NCBI GenBank assembly: GCA_963667725.2
Contig: CAXXHO010000003.1
Location: forward strand, 1,632,001-1,696,000
DNA: 64,000 nt
Direction: 5' to 3'
Source of the DNA: Treponemataceae bacterium
GTDB lineage: Bacteria; Spirochaetota; Spirochaetia; Treponematales; Rectinemataceae
Both the position numbers and the translations under genes were made by a program. Every line of letters starts with the position of its first letter. Position 1 is the first letter of the stretch. The notes beneath the pieces are model-generated. The model did not search any database and had not been told where the DNA came from. It worked only from the letters and a program-made list of their open reading frames with translations. Below are positions 57,763-64,000 of the stretch, one piece after another.

Positions 57763-59121
57763 ATGGAAGCCAGATTTTCCATCTTCGGCGCCGAAGCCGA
57801 ACCCCTCTCTCTTTCGGCCTGCGCGGTGCGGAAGAATGGGATCAGGGTCTGCGTCATCGGCGGCGGAGGCACAGGTATCGCTCTGGCCTATGATCTGGCG
57901 CAGCGCGGTTTTTCGGTAACCCTCCTCGAAAAGGGGGAGCTCACGTCGGGCACGACGGGACGCCACCATGGCCAGCTCCACTGTGGGGCTCGCTATGCCT
58001 GGGCCGACAGGAATATCGCGAGGGAATGCTACGCCGAGAGTCTCGTTCTCGCGAGGATAGCGGGAGAGTGCGTCGAATACAACGGCGGCTTTTTCGTCGC
58101 CCTCACGGAAGAGGAAAAAGCGATTGAAACGACGTTCATCGAGCGCTGCGGAGAAGCCGGAATTCCGGCCATGTCTTTCGATAGAGAGCGTCTGGCGCGC
58201 ATGGAACCCGGGCTTTCGAAGGCCGTGAAGGCCGCCGTGGCCGTGCCGGACAGCAGTTTCGACGCGTTCAGGCTGCCATTAATGTTCGCGGCGGCGGCGA
58301 AAAGGCTGGGCGCGGTCTTCCTGCCCTGGCATGAGGTCGTCGGCTTCGATTTTTCGGGGGGAAAGCTTCGCGCCGTGCTGGCGCGGAACCTGGGCGCGGG
58401 AGTTGGAGACGAGGCGAAGGCGCAGGGGCCGAGACGCGACATCAGGATAGACTGCGATTTCGCGGTGAGCGCGACAGGCGCATGGGCTGGGCAGGTCGGC
58501 AGGCTGGCGGGGATTTCCATTCCGATAGTGCCCGCGCCCGGCGCGATGCTGGCCGTGAAAGGCAGGCTCGTCGACCATGTCATCAGCCGCTTGAGGCCGC
58601 CCGGCGACGGCGACATATTCCTACCCCAGCGGGGACTTTCCATAATCGGCACCACCCAGCGCGTGGTCGATTCCCCGGAAGGGATCCTGCCTGGGAAGGA
58701 TGAAATTGAATTCCTCCGCGCCTCGGCGGCAGAGATGATACCAGACTTCGGGAAAATGCCGTTTCACGCCGCGTGGGCGGCCGCCAGACCGCTCGCGGGA
58801 CCGTCGACCAAGCCGCCCAAGGAACAGGTCGTTAAGCGACACGCGAGATCAGCCTCTGAACCCGCAGACCCCGCGGCAGTAAACAGGGCGGAACCGGAGA
58901 GCAGGGAACTCAGCCGCGACTTCGCGGTTCTCGACCACGGCAAGGATGATGGCCTCGAGGGCTTTCTCAGCGTCATCGGAGGCAAAGCCACCGTGCTCCG
59001 CGCCATGGCCGAAAAAACCTCCGATCTCATCTGCGAAAAATCCGGACTCGTCGCCGAATGCCGGACAAGCCGTTTCAGGCTGCCCTCATGGCGGTCGTAC
59101 TACCGCGGAGCTGGACGATGA
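57763..59121 (+). CDS. GlpA-like FAD-dependent oxidoreductase
   Basis: IGGGGTG and SGTTGRHHGQLHCGARY motifs. Confidence 0.8.
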   Translation: MEARFSIFGAEAEPLSLSACAVRKNGIRVCVIGGGGTGIALAYDLAQRGFSVTLLEKGELTSGTTGRHHGQLHCGARYAWADRNIARECYAESLVLARIAGECVEYNGGFFVALTEEEKAIETTFIERCGEAGIPAMSFDRERLARMEPGLSKAVKAAVAVPDSSFDAFRLPLMFAAAAKRLGAVFLPWHEVVGFDFSGGKLRAVLARNLGAGVGDEAKAQGPRRDIRIDCDFAVSATGAWAGQVGRLAGISIPIVPAPGAMLAVKGRLVDHVISRLRPPGDGDIFLPQRGLSIIGTTQRVVDSPEGILPGKDEIEFLRASAAEMIPDFGKMPFHAAWAAARPLAGPSTKPPKEQVVKRHARSASEPADPAAVNRAEPESRELSRDFAVLDHGKDDGLEGFLSVIGGKATVLRAMAEKTSDLICEKSGLVAECRTSRFRLPSWRSYYRGAGR

Positions 59122-59741
59122 AAATCGATATCGTACTGAAAAACGCCAAAGGCAAATCCAGTTATTCCCTCGATATCGAAGCTTCCTCGACGGTGCTCGA
59201 TCTTTTGGAAACGCTGCGCAAAGACAAGGCGCCTGGGCTTTTGTACAGGCATTCCTGCCATCATGGTTCATGCGGAACCTGCGGCGCCATGATAAACGGC
59301 AAACCCCGCCTGATGTGCCTAACAAGGTTGGGCGATCTACGGACTGGCAGCCTGCTCCTCGAGCCGCTGGCGAAAATGACGGAGATCGAGGGAATCGCTG
59401 TCTGGCCGGGGCCGCTGTTCGAGAATCTTCCCGACACCGATTATCTCAAGGCGACGGAAAACCATGGCGACGACGACAGCCGCCGGCTGGAGGACTGCAT
59501 CGAATGCGGGATCTGCGTCGCCGCCTGCCCTGTCGTGAAAGCATTCGTGGGGCCGGCCGCCCTCGCTGCGGCTGCCGTCGAAATGAAGAAACACCCCGAT
59601 AGGGCGGCCGAAATGGACGCGTTGGCCGATAGGGCGGACGGAACATCGGCCTGCGAAAGGGCTTTCGAGTGCAGCAGGCTCTGCCCCCAGGGCGTCGCGC
59701 CGGGGCGAAAAATCACCGAGCTTATGAAAAGGGTCAGATAA
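59118..59741 (+). CDS. SdhB/FrdB-like iron-sulfur protein
   Basis: SCHHGSCGTC, CIECGICVAACP and C..C...CP motifs. Confidence 0.85.
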   Translation: MKIDIVLKNAKGKSSYSLDIEASSTVLDLLETLRKDKAPGLLYRHSCHHGSCGTCGAMINGKPRLMCLTRLGDLRTGSLLLEPLAKMTEIEGIAVWPGPLFENLPDTDYLKATENHGDDDSRRLEDCIECGICVAACPVVKAFVGPAALAAAAVEMKKHPDRAAEMDALADRADGTSACERAFECSRLCPQGVAPGRKITELMKRVR

Positions 59742-59743
59742 AT

Positions 59744-60841
59744 ATGATGGAATACATCTGCTCCAGCTGCGGTCATAGAGAATCCGCCGCCACAAGGATG
59801 CCAGCCTGCTCCTGCGGCGGTCTCTGGGATCTGGACTTCACGCCTCCCCGATTCAATAGGAAGCTCATCGACAAGGAAACGTGGGGACTGTTCCGCTACA
59901 AGGCTTTTCTTCCTATGGAGAATGAGATTTGGAGGGATGTCACTCTGGGCGAGGGCATGACTCCCATCGTGCGCTTGGACAGTTCCGTCCTCCTCAAGAT
60001 GGATTATTTCATGCCCACTCTTTCCTTCAAGGACAGGGGAGCCGCGGTACTGATATCGCAATGCAAGGCCATCGGGGTGGATTCGGTCGTGCAGGACTCG
60101 AGCGGAAACGCGGGCAATAGCATTGCGGCCTATTGCGGCAAGGCGGGAATCGACTGCGAGATATTCGTCCCGGAAGGCACCTCGCCCGGGAAAATCGCCA
60201 TGATACGCGCCCACGGAGCCCTCGTGAACGTGGTGACCGGCGGCAGGGACCACTGCGCCGCCGTCTGCCGCGAGAAGGTAAAAAAAGAAGGGAAATACTA
60301 CGCGAACCACGTCTACAATCCCTTCTTTTACGAAGGAACGAAAACCTATATCTACGAAGTCTTCGAACAGCTCGGCCGAATTCCCGAACACCTGTTCATT
60401 CCTCTTGGAAACGGGACGCTATTTCTTGGAGCGATGAAGGCTCTGGAGGAACTCCTGGCCAGCGACGCCATTCCGAAGATGCCCCACCTGCTGGCCGTTC
60501 AGAGCGAGCGATGCAACCCCATTTTCAGGGCGTGGCGGGAAGGTCTTAGGGAACCTGCGATCCTCTCTCCTACCCCCACGCTGGCCGAAGGAATCGCGAT
60601 CGGCTTGCCGATGCGGGGGCAGAAAATACTCGACCTCGCCTACCGATACGGCGTGGAAGTCATCACCGCTCCCGAGGAAGGGATTCTGGAAGCGAGAAAT
60701 CTTCTGGCGCGCGCTGGGATCTACTGCGAGCACACGACGGCGGCCACCTATGCCGCATATCTCGCGTATTGCGGGAAAAACGGCCCTACCCCCGACAGCT
60801 TGATTCCCATGTGCGGCGCCGGACTGAAATCGGATCATTGA
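59744..60841 (+). CDS. Threonine synthase-like PLP enzyme
   Basis: LGEGMTP, PTLSFKDRG and DSSGNAG motifs. Confidence 0.85.
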   Translation: MMEYICSSCGHRESAATRMPACSCGGLWDLDFTPPRFNRKLIDKETWGLFRYKAFLPMENEIWRDVTLGEGMTPIVRLDSSVLLKMDYFMPTLSFKDRGAAVLISQCKAIGVDSVVQDSSGNAGNSIAAYCGKAGIDCEIFVPEGTSPGKIAMIRAHGALVNVVTGGRDHCAAVCREKVKKEGKYYANHVYNPFFYEGTKTYIYEVFEQLGRIPEHLFIPLGNGTLFLGAMKALEELLASDAIPKMPHLLAVQSERCNPIFRAWREGLREPAILSPTPTLAEGIAIGLPMRGQKILDLAYRYGVEVITAPEEGILEARNLLARAGIYCEHTTAATYAAYLAYCGKNGPTPDSLIPMCGAGLKSDH

Positions 60842-60957
60842 CCGGAGCGCATAAAACGATCTACAGGGAACTGGACACCCCCACGATGTTTATCGACCAG
60901 GGGATCATGTTGGACAATCTTAGGAAAAGTTGAAAGAATAGATATTCGTCGATTTCC

Positions 60958-61731
60958 TTACTGTCCGCTGATGATCGCTATGCTCGAGCTCGCACCGATC
61001 CGGGTAGCGCCCGCCTTGATCATCGTCACCGCGTCGTTGTAAGTCCTGACGCCGCCCGAAGCCTTCACGCCCATTTTCGGTCCGACCGTTCTGCGCATGA
61101 GAGCGATATCGGCGGCCGTGGCCCCGCTCTTGCTGAAGCCGGTCGATGTCTTCACGAAATCGGCGCCTATATCCTTCGCGATCTGGCAGGCGAGCACTTT
61201 TTCCTCGTCGGTCAAAAGGCAGGTCTCGATGATCACCTTGAGCACGATGCCGCTCCTGCAGGCCCTGCGGACCGCGAGCATGTCTTCCCGCACCGTCTTC
61301 AAGTCCTTGGACTTCATCGCGCCGACATTCATCACCATATCGATTTCAGCGGCCCCGCTCGCGACGGCCTGGCGGGCCTCGAAGCTTTTCGCCCTCGTGT
61401 CCATGGCCCCGAGGGGGAATCCGACCACGGCGCAGGTTTTCACGCCGCTTCCGCCGAGCCTTCGCACGCAGCGCTCGACCCAGGAAGAGTTGACGCAGAC
61501 CGAATAGAAGCGGTACTTGGCCGCCTCGTCGCAGAGCAGGTCCACCTGTTCGGGCGCCGCGTCGGGCTTGAGAAGGGTGTGGTCGATGTATTTCGGCAGA
61601 TCCGAAGGAAGGATCGTGTCCTCGACGGAAGTCGGGCGAGCCGGGCCGCCGGAAGCTTGAGCCCCCGCCGCGGGAGCCATCCTGGCGATGACTTCCTCGA
61701 CAATCTTCTGAATAATTTGATTCTGGTCCAT
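60958..61731 (-). CDS. deoC: Deoxyribose-phosphate aldolase with N-terminal encapsulation-peptide-like extension
   Basis: MDQNQIIQKIVEEVIARM plus linker, then IDHTLLK...FVKTSTGF. Confidence 0.9.
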   Translation of the reverse strand: MDQNQIIQKIVEEVIARMAPAAGAQASGGPARPTSVEDTILPSDLPKYIDHTLLKPDAAPEQVDLLCDEAAKYRFYSVCVNSSWVERCVRRLGGSGVKTCAVVGFPLGAMDTRAKSFEARQAVASGAAEIDMVMNVGAMKSKDLKTVREDMLAVRRACRSGIVLKVIIETCLLTDEEKVLACQIAKDIGADFVKTSTGFSKSGATAADIALMRRTVGPKMGVKASGGVRTYNDAVTMIKAGATRIGASSSIAIISGQ

Positions 61732-62222
61732 CAGTTGAAAGAGCCTCCTCGCTCGAGCGCCATTATTTTGTTTATGCGCACAATATGTCGGCCGCCCGCG
61801 AAACGCGTTTCCAGCCATACTTTTACCATCTGCGCGAGCTGGTCCGGTCCATGAAGCGGCCCGCCCAGGCTCAGCACGTTCGCGTTGTTGTGTTCCCTGG
61901 AGTTGACGATGGTCCGCAGATCATAGCACATCGCCGCCCTTATGCCTCGTACCTTGTTGGCCGCCATGCAGGAACCGATGCCCGCGCCGTCGAGGACGAT
62001 GCCCCGCTCGCAGTCGCCCGAGACCACCTTGCGGCAGACGGCCGCGGCGATGTCGGGATAATCCACCTTATCGGTTCCGAAGCAGCCGACGTCCACGACG
62101 CGGTAGCCCAGAATCTGAAGGTACTTCACCAGCGTTTCCTTCTGGCTCACCGCCCCGTGATCGGCCCCTATCGCCACGCTCCGCACGAGATCGACAGGTT
62201 CGCCGTTCGTTTCATCGCTCAT
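61731..62222 (-). CDS. rpiB: Ribose-5-phosphate isomerase B family
   Basis: GADHG, DYPD, GAGIGS..AANKV and REHNNANVL motifs. Confidence 0.9.
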   Translation of the reverse strand: MSDETNGEPVDLVRSVAIGADHGAVSQKETLVKYLQILGYRVVDVGCFGTDKVDYPDIAAAVCRKVVSGDCERGIVLDGAGIGSCMAANKVRGIRAAMCYDLRTIVNSREHNNANVLSLGGPLHGPDQLAQMVKVWLETRFAGGRHIVRINKIMALERGGSFN

Positions 62223-62500
62223 ATATTTTCCTCGATGTCAATTCTATCGATGATGCCGCAAATCGCCGTCCTTATGGTGAGGGCGCCCTCGTCGCCGACT
62301 ACGTTTCTCGCCGAACCGCCTTCGTCGACGAGGAGGACCCTGTCGCCAATCCCCGCCTGCACGCCGTCGACGGCGAGGAGGACTTTCCCCTTCGGCGCGC
62401 CCGAGGCGTCCAGGGGCTGGACCATGAAGAGCTTGTGCCCCACATAGTCGCGGTGCTTTTCCGTGGAAACCACGTTGGCCACTACTCTGCCGACGATCAT
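62219..62500 (-). CDS. EutN/CcmL microcompartment pentamer
   Basis: GRVVANVVSTEKH and AVD..AGIGD motifs. Confidence 0.9.
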   Translation of the reverse strand: MIVGRVVANVVSTEKHRDYVGHKLFMVQPLDASGAPKGKVLLAVDGVQAGIGDRVLLVDEGGSARNVVGDEGALTIRTAICGIIDRIDIEENI

Positions 62501-62775
62501 GGTGCCTCTTCCGCGTTTACCGCGTCGACGATGCCGATGATGGCGGCATCCCCGGGGTTGAACCAACCGTTGGGATTGGCCTGGGCCGCTTCCTTGCCCG
62601 ACTCGAAGAAAACGAGGTCGCCTTCGCCCGCCTTCACCGTGTCGTATGCAACGAGCACGGGACCGGCATCCACGAGGCGCTGATCGAGCGGCTGCACGAG
62701 GAGCAACTTGAGACCATCCAGATAGGGGAGCTTCTGCGTGCTCACCACCCTGCCCACAACCTTGCCTAATTTCAT
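62497..62775 (-). CDS. EutN/CcmL microcompartment pentamer
   Basis: GKVVGRVVSTQK and DAAIIGIVD motifs. Confidence 0.9.
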   Translation of the reverse strand: MKLGKVVGRVVSTQKLPYLDGLKLLLVQPLDQRLVDAGPVLVAYDTVKAGEGDLVFFESGKEAAQANPNGWFNPGDAAIIGIVDAVNAEEAP

Positions 62776-62785
62776 GCTTGTACCT

Positions 62786-64000
62786 TCATATGATCCTGAA
62801 CGCGTCGACGAGGGTACATCGGCGTTCGCGGGTGAACGTGAGCGGCCTCGTGATACCCTCGCCAGTGGGGCTCGCTATGGTGAACGACGTGTACCCCGCC
62901 CCGCCCTGTCCGAGCCCCGCGTAGCAGGGACCATTCTTGATGAAAAGCGAACAGTTCATGGCCTTGGCCATGCGTGACAGCTTTTCGATATCGTGCGAGT
63001 GGATCATGGCCGAGTGTCTGCACCCCCGCTCCACGATCACGGCGAAATCGATCGCTTCGTCCACGGTGCTCATCCGCACAAGGGGAAGCACCGGCATGAG
63101 CTGCTCCGTCCACACGAGGGGGTGCTCGCGCCCGACTTCCATGAGGAGGAGCCTCGTCGCGGCCGGCACTTCGATGCCCGCCGCCCTCGCGATGTACTGG
63201 GGGCTTTTCCCCACGTAGGCCTTGTTCGGGCTCCCGTCTCTTCCGGGGACGCCCGGCTCGGCGATGACGAGCTTCGTTACCGCGTCGATCTGCGCCCCGG
63301 TGAGTTCGAAGGCGCCGTTCTTTTTCATTTCCTCTTTCAACCGGTCGGCGATCGAGGCGACGGCGAGGACTTCCTTTTCGCAGATGCACACGATGTTGTG
63401 ATCGAAGCTCGCGCCCGCCACGATATCCCTGCCCGCCTTGACGATGTCGGCCGTCGAGTCGACCACGCAGGGGGGATTGCCCGGTCCAGCGCAGATGGCT
63501 TTCTTGCCGCTGCCCATGGCCGCGGCGACGACGCCTGGTCCGCCCGTCACGACGAGGAGGGAAATTCCCCTGTGTTTCATGAGGGAGCCCGCCGACTCGA
63601 TGGTGGGATTTCCCACGGCGCAGAGGAGGTTTTTGGGCCCGCCTTCGGAGACGATCGCGTCATTGAACATGCGCACGAGGCGGCAGGAAATGTCCTTGGC
63701 GTTGGGGTGCACGTTGAAGACGACGCTGTTGCCCGCCGCTATCATGCCAATCGCGTTGCAGGTAATCGTGGCGATGGGATTGGTCACTGGAGTGATCGCG
63801 CCGATGACGCCCCAGGGGGCGTGTTCGGTGAGGGTGAGCCCATGCTCGTCCGTGCTCGCGGAAGGCAGGATATCCTCGACACCGGGCGTCTTGGTCGCCG
63901 CGAGGGCGTTCTTTATCTGCTTGTCGGCAACGTTCCCGAGGCCGGTTTCGGCGACAGCCTGGGCCGACAGATCGGTATTGTTCCAGAGTATCACGCGCCG
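62786..64000 (-). CDS. EutE/PduP-like acylating aldehyde dehydrogenase (5' end outside window)
   Basis: AETGLG, P.TNP, GPGNPP, CICEK and SPTGEG motifs. Confidence 0.9.
   Translation of the reverse strand, partial: RRVILWNNTDLSAQAVAETGLGNVADKQIKNALAATKTPGVEDILPSASTDEHGLTLTEHAPWGVIGAITPVTNPIATITCNAIGMIAAGNSVVFNVHPNAKDISCRLVRMFNDAIVSEGGPKNLLCAVGNPTIESAGSLMKHRGISLLVVTGGPGVVAAAMGSGKKAICAGPGNPPCVVDSTADIVKAGRDIVAGASFDHNIVCICEKEVLAVASIADRLKEEMKKNGAFELTGAQIDAVTKLVIAEPGVPGRDGSPNKAYVGKSPQYIARAAGIEVPAATRLLLMEVGREHPLVWTEQLMPVLPLVRMSTVDEAIDFAVIVERGCRHSAMIHSHDIEKLSRMAKAMNCSLFIKNGPCYAGLGQGGAGYTSFTIASPTGEGITRPLTFTRERRCTLVDAFRII

Overview
The window has two parts. Bases 1-24152 are the right-hand part of a prophage-like element. 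It ends at a duplicated 3' half of tRNA-Pro(CGG) (att site, 24110-24152). Bases 24216-64000 are GC-rich host chromosome, probably from a spirochaete (inferred from the BMP/PnrA-type ABC system and Treponema-like attC sites). The host part carries a REC-PAS-GAF-HD-GYP regulator, lysA, a nagA-alr-dapF-alr cell-wall recycling cluster, tRNA-Leu, a nucleoside ABC transporter, deoC, valS and the end of a sugar-phosphate microcompartment locus. Two things in the element stand out. (1) A stand-alone RAMP/Cas7-like phage gene (335-943) is followed directly by a non-coding tract of 12 in-phase 5-nt units, GGY-NN (965-1024), then a hairpin and a likely partner gene. This is a candidate RNA-guided system with a non-contiguous guide (VIPR-like), with no CRISPR array or other cas genes in the window. 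(2) Two tandem integron cassette arrays (14 full-length attC sites plus one shortened site and three remnants, about 18 cassettes, several defence-like) sit inside the prophage. Each is headed by a homologous ~520-bp attI-like leader, and there is no integrase in the window. All calls come from reading the sequence and ORFs by eye; no database searches were run.
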